A stretch of DNA of 64,000 nt, from positions 212,261 through 276,260 of the forward strand of contig CBDAMQ010000031.1 of NCBI GenBank assembly GCA_965197275.1. The letters are read 5' to 3'. Shown in pieces: positions 21,364 through 31,284 of the stretch; the stretch's first letter is position 1; every line of letters begins with the position of its first letter. This DNA comes from Acidobacteriota bacterium. GTDB taxonomy: Bacteria; Acidobacteriota; UBA890; WLXD01. The position numbers and the translations under genes are program-made. The notes under the pieces were generated by a model. That model was not told the origin of the DNA and did no database searches. It saw nothing but the letters and a program-made list of their open reading frames with translations.

Positions 21364-21599
21364 CGACCCTCTCTCTGGCCATCCCACGAGGCTGCAGCCT
21401 CCGCGGTGGAATCATTCCGGTTCCGAGCTTCATCGACCGGCAGCAATCGGTCCGCGGCACCCGGGCAAGACTAACCTACTCCGCTCTGGTGCCGAACGAC
21501 AGGGGGAGTTGTGGCCAGTGTTGCAGAACCTCATTCGTAGGGCGGCGCGTGACGCCAACCTCGAGAACAAGGGGGTACGACGGAAATTGAAACCGCCTC

Positions 21600-24287
21600 T
21601 CAATCTTGTCGCAGTGCCCGTACCGGATCGGCCATTGCCGCCCTACCAGCCGGGAGGGCGGACGCCGCAAGCGCCAACAAGACCATCCCCGCGCCGATTG
21701 CCGCCAGGGTCATCGGGTCGTTCGCAGCGACCCCATACAGCATGCTCGCAAGCAGCCCGCCGGCCGTGATTGTCAGCGCCGCGCCGACGGCCACTCCGGC
21801 AGCGGCGATTAGCAGTGATTGGCGCACGAACAGCAGTACCACCTTCGTCGCGTTGGCCCCGAGCGCCATGCGCACGCCGATCTCGCGGGCGCGGCTGGAG
21901 GCGACGTAGGAGACCATCCCGTAGAGCCCGACGGCCGCCAGCGCCACTGCCAACAGCCCGAAGATCGAGGCGAGGCGGCCGATGGTGAGCGTGTCCTGGA
22001 GGGAGAGGGCCATGCGGTCGTGCAGAGTGCCCAGGGTGGAGACGCCGAGGTCGGGGTCGAGATCGGCGACGGTCGCCCGGAGGGATTGCGCCAAGGCTTC
22101 GGGCTGCCGGGCGCTGCGCGCATAGAGGCTCATGCGGCCGGAGTACGTTTGCGGGGCGGGCAGGTAGATTGACGCCCGCGGCTGCTGCCGGAGCGATCGT
22201 GCACGGATATCGGCGACGATCCCGATGACGCGGGCCGACTCCTCCGGAATCCGTGCCTCGCTGAACGGCAGCAACTGGCCGAGCGCGGTTTCCTGTGGCC
22301 AGAGCAATTGGGCTGCGGACTCGGAGATCACCACCACGCGGGGCATGTCGGCTGATGCGTTGGCGGCCGTGAAGCCGGAGCCGGCCAGTAGCGGGATTTG
22401 CAGCGTAGACAGGAAGCCATTCGACACGAGGCTCGTGTCGAGCTGGATGAATTCCTCCTCGAGGTCCGGTCGAGGTTCGGGAAAGAAGGCAGACTGACGG
22501 CTCCAGCCGGCGAACGGGAGGTTCGACGCCAGGCCCACCGCTTCGACATCCGGTAGGGCGGCGGCCTTCTCGAGCAGTCGCGAGTACAGGGCAGCGCCGC
22601 GCGTGGCGTCGTAGCCGGCCCGGTCGAGGTCGAGCGTCAGCGCCATGACGTCGCGGGTGTTGAACCCGGGATCGGCGGAGCTCGCGGCGGTGAGGCTCTT
22701 CAGCATCAGACCGGCGGCGGCGAGCAAGGTGAAGGACAGCGCCAGCTGGCCCACGACCAGGCCGTTGCGCATCCACGTACCGCGGCTGCCGCTGAGCAGA
22801 GATCCGTCCTTGAGGCTGTCGACGAGGTCGGTTCGCGTGGCGCGCAGCGCCGGGGCGATACCGAAGAGGATGCCGGCGAGTAGGCTCACGGCGAGCGCGT
22901 ACCCGAGCACGGTGGCATCCGGCCGAAAGCTGACGCCGAGCCGGATGGGAAGCACGAGGGGCATGAGCCGCGCCGTCCACACCGTGAGCAGCAGGGCGCC
23001 CAGGCCGCCCCCGACGGCGAGGATCAGACTCTCGGTGAGCAGCTGTCGGACGAGCCTTGTGCGCCCGGCGCCGAGGGCGGCGCGCATGCTGAGCTCGGGG
23101 CCGCGGGCGATGCCACGCGCCAGCAGTAGGTTGGCCAGGTTGGCGCAGGCCACTGCCAGCACGACCGCGACCACGATTGAGAGCAGCAGGACGATCTGGC
23201 CGATGGCCCCGCGCTCGTCGGGCCGCAGCCCGACGCCCTGTACGACGCCGAGTGTGTGATCCGGAGCCTCGCCCCAGGCCACCTCGAACGAGGCCGCGTA
23301 GAGGGCGTCGACCTCGGAGTCGAGCGACGCTGCCGAGGCGCCCGGCGTAAGACGGCCGACCGTCCACAGCCAGCTGAAGCCCGGATGGTCGTAGTCGGCG
23401 TACTGCGAGCCGAGCGCCGTGGCCGCCATCGACAGCGGGATCCACACGTCGGTCTCCGACATCACCACGTCGGTGCCGCGGAATCCGGGTTCCGCGACGC
23501 CCACGATGCGGTACTCAGAGCCGTTGATGAACACGTCGGTGCCGACGACGGACTCATCGGCGCCGAACCGGGTCGTCCAGAACGCCTCGCTGAGAACGGC
23601 TACTGGGTGGGCGCCGTCGGAGACCTCGTCGTCACGCCCGAGGACCCGCCCGGGCCGCGCCGACACCCCGAGAAGCCCGAAGTAGTCGCCGGTCACGAGC
23701 TGGCCGGTGACCACTTCCACATCGGCACCGCGTCCCACCTGCATGCCAACCGGCGTGTACGCCGCTAGCGCTGCCAGGCCCTCGGCGTGGTCGCGGAGCT
23801 CCCGGAAGTGCGGATAGGCGAGGTTGTCGAATCCCTCGTCCGGCCGGTCGCGCCCGATCTGAACCAGATCCGCGGGCGAATCGATGCCGTCGGGGCCCCG
23901 CAGCAGCGTCGCGTTGGTGAGGCTGAAGATCGTCGTGTTCGCCCCGATTCCCAGCGCCATCGTCACCATCGCCAGGAGCGTGAAGCCGGGGCTGCGAGCC
24001 AGTACCCGCAACGCGAAGCGAACATCCTGCAGCATGACTCCCAAGGTCCACTCCTTTCGCTCCCACAGCGAGTGGGAAATCGCGCCCAGGCTCAACGCGA
24101 GGGGGCCCGGCGCGCGGTGATCGACCGACCGGGGATCGGCGGGCCACTTGTTCTCGAGCTGCCACAGCTCGGCCTCCCAGGCCTCGAGCCAGTCGCGACG
24201 ATCGGCGGCGGGAACGAAGCGGCTGGCAAGCTTCAGAATCCGGGCCGCGGTGCTCCCAGTGACAGATCGTGAGGGTCGTGACGCCAC
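21600..24287 (-). CDS. ADOP-family ABC-type permease (duplicated FtsX-like domains, MacB-like) with permease-prefix domain
   Basis: 895 aa. N-terminal …RDWLEAWEAELWQL… prefix. Two FtsX-like 4-TM modules. Immediately downstream of PadR (4-nt gap). Confidence 0.85.
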   Translation of the reverse strand: MASRPSRSVTGSTAARILKLASRFVPAADRRDWLEAWEAELWQLENKWPADPRSVDHRAPGPLALSLGAISHSLWERKEWTLGVMLQDVRFALRVLARSPGFTLLAMVTMALGIGANTTIFSLTNATLLRGPDGIDSPADLVQIGRDRPDEGFDNLAYPHFRELRDHAEGLAALAAYTPVGMQVGRGADVEVVTGQLVTGDYFGLLGVSARPGRVLGRDDEVSDGAHPVAVLSEAFWTTRFGADESVVGTDVFINGSEYRIVGVAEPGFRGTDVVMSETDVWIPLSMAATALGSQYADYDHPGFSWLWTVGRLTPGASAASLDSEVDALYAASFEVAWGEAPDHTLGVVQGVGLRPDERGAIGQIVLLLSIVVAVVLAVACANLANLLLARGIARGPELSMRAALGAGRTRLVRQLLTESLILAVGGGLGALLLTVWTARLMPLVLPIRLGVSFRPDATVLGYALAVSLLAGILFGIAPALRATRTDLVDSLKDGSLLSGSRGTWMRNGLVVGQLALSFTLLAAAGLMLKSLTAASSADPGFNTRDVMALTLDLDRAGYDATRGAALYSRLLEKAAALPDVEAVGLASNLPFAGWSRQSAFFPEPRPDLEEEFIQLDTSLVSNGFLSTLQIPLLAGSGFTAANASADMPRVVVISESAAQLLWPQETALGQLLPFSEARIPEESARVIGIVADIRARSLRQQPRASIYLPAPQTYSGRMSLYARSARQPEALAQSLRATVADLDPDLGVSTLGTLHDRMALSLQDTLTIGRLASIFGLLAVALAAVGLYGMVSYVASSRAREIGVRMALGANATKVVLLFVRQSLLIAAAGVAVGAALTITAGGLLASMLYGVAANDPMTLAAIGAGMVLLALAASALPAGRAAMADPVRALRQD

Positions 24288-24290
24288 GTC

Positions 24291-24602
24291 TCAGGTCCGC
24301 CCCGACTTGGCTGGCGCGCTCTCGGCCAGCGCCACGTACCTCTCTAGTGCTGCGTCCAGCTGATGCCGCCCGGTACGCGTGAGCCGGTAGTAGCGCCTAC
24401 GCGGGCGACCCTCGCGGTCCGCAATGCGCTGGTCCTCCCACGACGCCGACACCAGCCCCCGCTTCTGCAGACGCCCCAGGGCGACGTACACGGTTCCGGT
24501 CGCCAAGCCGGTAGCGGCGATGATGTCGAGCCCGTAGCGTCGGTCGTCGGCGATGGCGCGCAGGATCGATACGGTGGCGAAACCCAGGCGTCGTTTCGGC
24601 AT
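24291..24602 (-). CDS. PadR-family transcriptional regulator
   Basis: 103 aa. …SILRAIADDRRYGLDIIAATGLATGTVYVALGRLQKRGLV… winged-helix PadR signature. Confidence 0.85.
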   Translation of the reverse strand: MPKRRLGFATVSILRAIADDRRYGLDIIAATGLATGTVYVALGRLQKRGLVSASWEDQRIADREGRPRRRYYRLTRTGRHQLDAALERYVALAESAPAKSGRT

Positions 24603-24668
24603 TCAATGTGCTCCGGCAGCAGCTCGGCGTGCGACCTTCGTCGCCCCTGTTCAGCGAGTACGGTGCCA

Positions 24669-24685
24669 CTATCTCAAAATGATAG
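24669..24685. promoter_or_regulatory. Palindrome CTATC-N7-GATAG in an AT-rich stretch upstream of padR (candidate operator/promoter)
   Basis: ctatctcaaaatgatag lies within actatctcaaaatgataggtaccttacaatacgatctagg (~35% GC), in the padR/methyltransferase divergent region. Confidence 0.25.
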
Positions 24686-24791
24686 GTACCTTACAATACG
24701 ATCTAGGGAAGTTTCATTCGTCAGCCAGAGGGGCGGGGATGCCGGGATGGTGCCTGTTGCACGGCGCGGGGGATGGAAGGATAGTCCAGCC

Positions 24792-25553
24792 ATGCACCGG
24801 CACACGGAGTTCGATGCCCGCTTCGGCACCGATACCGACGGGGAGATTCCCGTCGAGCTGCTGGATCACCCCGAGGAGGTGGCCCGGCAGGCCGTCTCCT
24901 ACGAGGCCACCGAGCCCGCCGCGTTCCGCCACATCCTGGGCGAGCTGTCAATACGGCACCGCGACTACACTTTCATGGACCTGGGCTCCGGGAAGGGCCG
25001 TGTGGTGCTGCTTGCGGCCGTTCATCCGTTCCGTCGCATCGTCGGCGTCGAGGCGTCGCTGTCGCTACATACGGTTGCCAGCAGGAACATGCGCGCCTGG
25101 GCGAGGGCAGGGAACGACACACGGCACATCGATCTGGTGCACGCTGACGCCTCGCAGCCGGACATTCCCGAGGAACCGTGCGTGATCTACCTCTTCAACC
25201 CGTTTCGCGATCGCGCCCTGGCGCGAGTATTGCTCCACGTCAAGTGGACGCTACAGCGCTGCCCGCGCGACCTGTGGCTGATCTACTACAACCCGCAGTT
25301 CGGCTACATGGTGGAGAACTCGCCCTACCTGTCGCGGGTGCGGAAGGGGCGTGGGTTTCATCAGGGCGACTATTCGATCTGGCGTTCGCATGGAGCCTAT
25401 GGAGAGCCGGGAAAGGACGGCGGTGGCGCATGCCGTCACGCTCCGGCCGCCAGCGAACGCCGTGCTTTTGCGACGCTCCGTTCGGGGACGGTCTCTTCGT
25501 TCGTCGACGGAGTCACCCGCCGCCCTCCGGCCGTGCCGGGGCTGTTCTTCTGA
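24792..25553 (+). CDS. Class I SAM-dependent methyltransferase
   Basis: Motif I FMDLGSGKGRVVLLAA and acidic motif II. Start chosen at MHRHTEF within ORF 24363..25553. Confidence 0.65.
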   Translation: MHRHTEFDARFGTDTDGEIPVELLDHPEEVARQAVSYEATEPAAFRHILGELSIRHRDYTFMDLGSGKGRVVLLAAVHPFRRIVGVEASLSLHTVASRNMRAWARAGNDTRHIDLVHADASQPDIPEEPCVIYLFNPFRDRALARVLLHVKWTLQRCPRDLWLIYYNPQFGYMVENSPYLSRVRKGRGFHQGDYSIWRSHGAYGEPGKDGGGACRHAPAASERRAFATLRSGTVSSFVDGVTRRPPAVPGLFF

Positions 25554-25565
25554 ACTCGATGGTCA

Positions 25566-25703
25566 GGGGAGTAGGCGCACAACCCCCTCAGAGAACCTCG
25601 CCACCTCGACGTGCATCAACCGCCCCCCAAGGCGCGTAAGCAGAAGAGCTCACCAATCACCAGGCGGTTCTCGCGAACGGCGGGGGTTGTGCGCCTACTC
25701 CCC
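25566..25703. repeat. 138-bp element bounded by perfect 22-bp inverted repeats (GGGGAGTAGGCGCACAACCCCC ... GGGGGTTGTGCGCCTACTCCCC) with a 94-nt spacer; MITE-like or long stem-loop between convergent genes
   Basis: Exact reverse-complement match 25566-25587 versus 25682-25703. The right arm contains the hbd stop codon (cta on + strand at 25695-25697). Confidence 0.6.
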
Positions 25704-26576
25704 ATCCTCCACCCATTCATAAAATCCACTCCCCGACTTCTGCCCCAGCTTCCCCTCCGCCACCATGTCACGCAACAGCTGCGGCGGCTCGAAGGCGTCC
25801 GAGCCGAGCTTCTCGTGCAGGTGATCGGCGATGCCCAGCCGTACGTCGAGGCCGACCAGATCGGTGAGCTTCAGTGGGCCCATCGGATGCCGGTAGCCGA
25901 GCACCATGGCGGTGTCGATGTCCGCGGCGCTGGCGACGCCTTGCTCGAGCATGCGGATGGCCTCCATGCCGAGCAACACGCCGAGACGACTGGACGCGAA
26001 GCCCGGTACGTCGCGTACGACGATCGACGTCTTGCCCATGCTCTCGCCCACGCACCGCGCCGCGGCCAGCGTCTCCTCGGAGGTCTCGGCATGGACGACC
26101 AACTCCAGCAGCTTCATGACGTGCGCCGGGTTGAAGAAGTGCATTCCGAGGCAACGCTCGGGGCGGTCGGTGGCGGTGGCGATTTCGCCGATGCTCAGCG
26201 AGCTGGTGTTGCTGGCGAAGATGCAGCCCTCGGGAGCGAAGCGCGATAGCTCTTCGAACACCAGCTGCTTGACCAGCATGCGCTCTGGCACCGCCTCGAT
26301 GACCAAGTCGGCGGCGGCTGCCTCCTCGATCTGCGTCGTAGTGCGCATCAGGGCCAGGGTGCGATCTCTGGCGGCCTCGTCGAGCTTGCCGCGCTTGATC
26401 CCCGCTGCCAGGTTGGTCTCGATGCGTGCGAGGCCGGCATCCAGCAAGTGCTGCTCAATGTCGTACAGGGCCGTCTGATAGCCGGCCTGGGCGGCGGCTT
26501 GGGCGACGCCATGGCCCATCGTGCCGGCGCCGAGAACACTGATGCGCTCGACGAGTGGGACGGCGTCTGTAGACAT
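25695..26576 (-). CDS. hbd: 3-hydroxybutyryl-CoA / 3-hydroxyacyl-CoA dehydrogenase
   Basis: VLGAGTMGHGVAQAAAQAGY Rossmann motif. …GFASSRLGVLL…, C-terminal 3HCDH domain. Start at MSTDAV. Confidence 0.9.
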   Translation of the reverse strand: MSTDAVPLVERISVLGAGTMGHGVAQAAAQAGYQTALYDIEQHLLDAGLARIETNLAAGIKRGKLDEAARDRTLALMRTTTQIEEAAAADLVIEAVPERMLVKQLVFEELSRFAPEGCIFASNTSSLSIGEIATATDRPERCLGMHFFNPAHVMKLLELVVHAETSEETLAAARCVGESMGKTSIVVRDVPGFASSRLGVLLGMEAIRMLEQGVASAADIDTAMVLGYRHPMGPLKLTDLVGLDVRLGIADHLHEKLGSDAFEPPQLLRDMVAEGKLGQKSGSGFYEWVEDGE

Positions 26577-26706
26577 CGGGACCAGGGGCGGCGGATGACT
26601 GAGGATGACGAATGCAGGGTAGCAATCCGGCGGTGTGTACGCTCGACGGCTGGATGGTGCCGCACGAAAACGCGATGATGGACAAGCTCGACACACCGAT
26701 CGTACG

Positions 26707-28002
26707 ATGCGCGCTCACGTCGACGCCGGAGCCCCAGTGATCACGGCAGCAATACCCCAGGACGAGACCGAACGGTTGGCAGCGCTATATGCGCTGCAGA
26801 TCCTCGACACCGAGCCGGAGCAACGATTCGACCGTATTTCCAGGATCGCCTCCCAGGCTTTCGGCGTGCCGATCGCATACATCGCATTGGTCGATTCGGA
26901 CCGACAATGGTTCAAGTCATCTTGCGGGCTCGATGCCACACAGACCGCGCGCGACATCTCGTTCTGCTCGCACACGATCCTCCAAGACCAGCCGTTGATC
27001 GTCCCCGATACTGCTGTCGATCCGCGCTTTCGGGACAGCCCGTTGGTGGTCGGCGCGCCGCATCTGCGCTTCTATGCAGGGCATCCGCTGGCAACGGCGG
27101 AGGGGCACCGCGTCGGTACTCTGTGCATCGCCGATCGCCGCCCGCGCGAGTTCGGCGCGGACGAGCTGGTGGCGCTCGGAGATCTGGCGCGGCTGACCGA
27201 GGACCAGCTCAACCTGCGGGAGGTAGCCGAGCTTCAGGAGAGCCTGCTGATTGCCAAGCGCCGCGCCGAGGCGCTGAACGAGGACCTCGAAGTGCGCAAC
27301 TGCTTCATCGAGGACACGCTCGGTTGTTTCCTCACCGAGGAGGTGGCCGACAGCGTGCTTCAGTCGCCCGGACGGCTGGAGCTCGGCGGCGCTAAGCGTA
27401 CGGTCTCCATTCTCATGGCCGACCTGCGTGGCTTTACGCCGTTGGCCCAACGGCTCGAACCCGAGCAGGTCGTGGGTCTGCTCAACAGCTACTTCGGAGT
27501 CATGGTGGGAGTGATCGAGAACTACTGCGGCACGGTGGACAAGTTTGTCGGCGACTCGATCATGGCGCTATTCGGCGCGCCGACCGCCGGTACTGACGAC
27601 TCAGCTCGGGCAGTGGCCTGCGCCATCGACATGCAGCTGGCGATGTCGACAGTCAATGCCGCCAACCGCGCCAACGGGTTGCCGGAGATCGCAACGGGGA
27701 TCGGGATCGACACGGGCAGCGTTATCGCTGGCACGATCGGTTCGGAGCGGCGCATGAGCTACAGCGTCATCGGTAATGCGGTGAATCGGGCAGCGCGCCT
27801 GGAGGCAACGGCAATGGGAGGCCAGATCCTCGCGTCGCAGGAAACGCTGGATCGTATCGACGCACCGGTGCGCATCGACGGGGCGTTGAAAGTAAAGGTA
27901 AAGGGCGTCGATGATCCGGTCTCGATCTTCGACATCGGCGGCATCGGTGGGTCCTACGATTGCTACCTTCCCGAGGATCGTGTCGAGCGCGTCCTACGCT
28001 GA
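26707..28002 (+). CDS. GAF-domain sensor fused to class III adenylate/guanylate cyclase
   Basis: GAF (…ALYALQILDTEPEQRFDRISRIASQAFGVPIAYIALVD…). CHD cyclase (VSILMADLRGFT…FVGDSIMALFGAP…VIGNAVNRAARLE). Confidence 0.85.
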   Translation: MRAHVDAGAPVITAAIPQDETERLAALYALQILDTEPEQRFDRISRIASQAFGVPIAYIALVDSDRQWFKSSCGLDATQTARDISFCSHTILQDQPLIVPDTAVDPRFRDSPLVVGAPHLRFYAGHPLATAEGHRVGTLCIADRRPREFGADELVALGDLARLTEDQLNLREVAELQESLLIAKRRAEALNEDLEVRNCFIEDTLGCFLTEEVADSVLQSPGRLELGGAKRTVSILMADLRGFTPLAQRLEPEQVVGLLNSYFGVMVGVIENYCGTVDKFVGDSIMALFGAPTAGTDDSARAVACAIDMQLAMSTVNAANRANGLPEIATGIGIDTGSVIAGTIGSERRMSYSVIGNAVNRAARLEATAMGGQILASQETLDRIDAPVRIDGALKVKVKGVDDPVSIFDIGGIGGSYDCYLPEDRVERVLR

Positions 28003-28076
28003 GACTCAGAGACGACGCTGGAGCGTCTGCCGGTTTTCTCGTCCCGTTGCGCTGCCTCATGTCGGAGCTTTGACAG

Positions 28077-28099
28077 CTGTGATGGCATGCGGTACACAG
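28077..28099. promoter_or_regulatory. Nested palindrome CTGTG-N13-CACAG (containing GCATGC) ~100 bp upstream of amt
   Basis: ctgtgatggcatgcggtacacag. Candidate operator for a nitrogen regulator. Only symmetry supports it. Confidence 0.2.
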
Positions 28100-28199
28100 C
28101 CTCGGCTATCGCCCATGGCGGATTGTCTCGCGCCATCGGCAGAGGCGACGGTGGACATGCCCTCGTCCACCGTTAACGGCTTGCGGACCTGGAGACGGC

Positions 28200-29455
28200 A
28201 TGGCGCCAGAGCTTCACGACGGCTTGAGCACTCTCTGGGTGTTGATGGCGGCGATCCTCGTCTTCTTGATGCAGGCGGGCTTCGGCCTGGTCGAGGCGGG
28301 TCTGATTCGTGCCAAGAACGCCGCAAACGTCCTGATGAAGAACCTCATGGACTTTTGCTTTGCGACGTTCGGCTACTACGTATTCAGCTACGCGATCATG
28401 TACGGATCGGCAGGGCTGTTCGTCGGTACTGCAGGCTGGTTCATGGTCGGTACGGAGAGTCCCGTAGACACCTTACCGTTGGCAGCTTTCTGGTTCTTCC
28501 AGGCCGTGTTTGCGGGAACCGCCGCTACGATTGTCTCGGGCGCCGTGGCCGAGCGCATGCGCTTCGTTGCCTATTTGGCGTACTCGTTCTCCATTACCGC
28601 GTTTGTCTATCCAGTGGTAGGACACTGGGTATGGGGCGGCGGCTGGTTATCGCAGCTGGGCTTTTACGACTTCGCCGGGTCGACAGTGGTGCATGCCGTC
28701 GGCGGGGTCGCCGCTCTGATTGGGACTCGGATGCTGGGTCCCCGCATCGGTCGATTCCCAATCCCGACGGATCGGCGAATTTCATCGGCGGGCACAACAT
28801 CCCGCTGGTGACACTGGGGGTCTTCATCCTCTGGTTTGGCTGGTACGGGTTCAACGCCGGCTCCACCCTGGGGATGGAGGATCCCGATCTGGTGGCGCGG
28901 ATAGTCATGAATACGACCCTCGCGGGCGCAGCGGGATCGATGGCAGCCATGTTCACTGCCTGGGTCAAGTTCGGTAAGCCCGACCTGGCGCTGGCTCTGA
29001 ATGGCGGGCTCGCGGGGCTGGTGGGCGTCACTGCACCGTGTGCCGTAGTGAGCGACGGAGCGTCGATCTACATCGGCGCTGCAGCCGGAGTGATCGCGAT
29101 ATTCGGAGTCGATTGGCTGAACCGACTCCGGATCGATGATCCCGTCGGTGCCATTCTCGTGCATGGCATGGCCGGCATCTGGGGCACCCTGGCGGTCGGC
29201 GTTTTCGGCCAAGCCTCGCTGGGCGCGCCGAGCGACGGCCTGTTCTACGGTGGCGGTGTCGGCGGGCTCGGCATTCAGGCGATCGGCATATTGGGCTGCG
29301 TGGCCTTCACTGGAATCGCCATGTGGGTCGTGTTCCGCTTCATAGATCTGACCGTAGGATTGCGGGTCTCGCGGGAGACCGAGCTGCGTGGACTCGACCT
29401 GGAAGAGCATGGCGTCGAGTCCTACAGCGGCTTCCAGATCTTCATCACCGACTGA
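28200..29455 (+). CDS. amt: Ammonium transporter Amt, with a 1-nt frame disruption in a C-run near 28760
   Basis: Frame A ends …GPRIGRFPIPTDRR… Frame B continues NPDGSANFIGGHNIPLVTLGVFILWFGWYGFNAGS (Amt signature). Restoring one C (ttcccaatccc to ttccccaatccc) gives a continuous Amt. Confidence 0.85.
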
Positions 29456-29474
29456 CACCGGGAGCGACAGCGAT

Positions 29475-29812
29475 ATGAAGATGGTCGTGGCCATCGTCCA
29501 GCCGCAGCAGTTTCCGGCGGTGAAAGAGGCCCTGTTCGAAGCCCAGATCAAGCATTTGACGGCAACGAATATTCTCGGCACCGCCCCCGAGGGGGCGGAG
29601 GCGCACTCGTTCCGTGGTGTGGTCCCGAGGTGTCGCTGTTCCAAAAGGTCCGCATCGAGATCGCCTTGCGCGACGAGCTCGTAGAGGTGGCGGTGGACGC
29701 CATCGAGCGGGCGGCGCGCGATACTGGCGGTTTCGGAGTCGTGTTCGTCACCGCCCTCGACGATGTCGTGCTGGTTGCCACCGGTGAGCGTGGCAACCGG
29801 GCGTTGGGCTGA
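29475..29812 (+). CDS. glnK: Nitrogen regulatory protein P-II (GlnK/GlnB), with a frame disruption near 29620-29630
   Basis: Shine-Dalgarno GGGAG, MKMVVAIVQPQQFPAVKEALFEAQIKHLTATNILG… (frame 0). Then …VSLFQKVRIEIALRDELVEVAVDAIERAARDTGGFGVVFVTALDDVVLVATGERG (frame +1), the P-II C-terminus. Immediately downstream of amt. Confidence 0.75.
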
Positions 29813-29815
29813 CCC

Positions 29816-31253
29816 GTGCCACGCGACCGAGCGACCACAGCGCGGGACGTATTCCGCTTCGCGGAGGAGCACGATTATCGAGTTCGTCGATGTGAAATTC
29901 GTCGACCTGTTCGGAACGCTTCACCATCTGACGCTGCCGATCGATGAGATCGATGCTGGTGTGTTCGTCAATGGCCTAGGCCTCGATGGCTCGTCTGTGC
30001 GCGGCTTCCAGGCGATCGACAACAGCGACATGATCATGGTCCCTGATCCGGGCACGATGATGCGCGACCCGTTCTTCGACGACCCGACCCTGTCGTTCTT
30101 CTGCAAGATTGTCGACCCGAACGGATTCAAACCCTACACGCGGGACGCGCGTGGGGTTGCCCAAAGGGCGGCACAGCTGGTGCGATCGCTGGGCATCGCC
30201 GATGAGGTCTTCTTCGGGCCCGAACTGGAGTTCTTCCTGTTCGATGACGTGCGCTACGACCAGACTACGCAGCACGGCTTCTACTTCGTCAACAACGACG
30301 GAGCCTTCTGGAATACAGGCGACAACGCTAGCGACAACTTGGCGCATCGGGCAGCGCAAAAGGGCGCCTACTTCGCGGCGCCGCCGGTCGATCCTTACCA
30401 CAATCTGCGCTCGAAGATGACGACCGTGTTGCGCAGCGTCGGCGTGCGGGCGGAGCTGCACCACCACGAGGTGGCGGCGGCAGGCCAGAACGAGATCGGG
30501 ATCCGGTACGCTCCGTTGATCCAGGCGGCCGACAACGCCGTGAAGTTCAAGTACGTCGTCAAGAATGTTGCGCGTCGCTATGGCAAGGCCGCCACGTTCA
30601 TGCCCAAGCCTTTGTTCGAGGAGAACGGTTCCGGAATGCATGTACACATCAGCTTGTGGCGGAACGGCAACAACCTGTTCTACGACGCTGACGGATACGC
30701 TGGCCTGAGTGGCCCCGCGATTCACTTCATCGGCGGTCTCTTGCGCCATTCGCCGGCGCTCTGCGCCCTGTGCAATCCGACGACGAATTCGTACCGGCGC
30801 TTGGTGCCCGGCTACGAGGCGCCCATCAACCTGGTGTATTCGCGTGGAAATCGGAGCGCCTGCATCCGCGTGCCGATGTTGGGATCGAGCGCGGCTGCGA
30901 AGCGCATCGAGTACAGAACGCCCGACCCGTCGGGCAACCCGTACCTGGCGTTCTCAGCGATGCTGCTCGCGGGGTTGGACGGCATTCGCCGCCAGATCGA
31001 GCCGCCGGCGCCAGTCGACAAGGACATTTACGAGCTCGCCGGGACGGAGGAAGGCGAAGCGATCCAGAAGACACCCGGGTCGTTGGCAAACGCGCTCGAC
31101 GCTCTCGAGAGCGACCACGAGTTTCTCGTAGCCGATGGCGTGTTCACGCCCGATCTGCTCGAGACCTATGTGGCGCACAAACGCACGCACGAGGTCGACT
31201 TCGTGCGCCTACGACCCCATCCGGGCGAGTTCGCCCTCTATTTCAACGTCTAG
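29816..31253 (+). CDS. glnA: Glutamine synthetase type I; probable frame disruption at the extreme N-terminus (~29870-29880)
   Basis: Near-complete alignment to GSI: FVDVKFVDLFGTLHH…DGSSVRGF…NSDMIMVPDP, …MPKPLFEENGSGMHVHISLW…, NPTTNSYRRLVPGYEAP, ...EFALYFNV. The upstream GTG frame reads …ARDVFRFAEEHD, homologous to the GS N-terminus, but in another frame. Confidence 0.9.
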
Positions 31254-31284
31254 TTTCAACCTCTAGCACGGCTGGCTGGTGATC

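Noticed and set aside
28003-28199. Sigma-54 (-24 GG / -12 GC) promoter upstream of amt.
   Set aside because: TGGCATGCGGTACACAGC superficially resembles the sigma-54 consensus but the GG/GC spacing does not fit. Only the palindrome is reported, at low confidence.
29388-29474. Upstream extension of the glnK ORF (start 29388).
   Set aside because: The ATG at 29475 is preceded by a GGGAG Shine-Dalgarno and matches the P-II N-terminus MKxVxAIV. The extension encodes Ser/Thr-rich filler.
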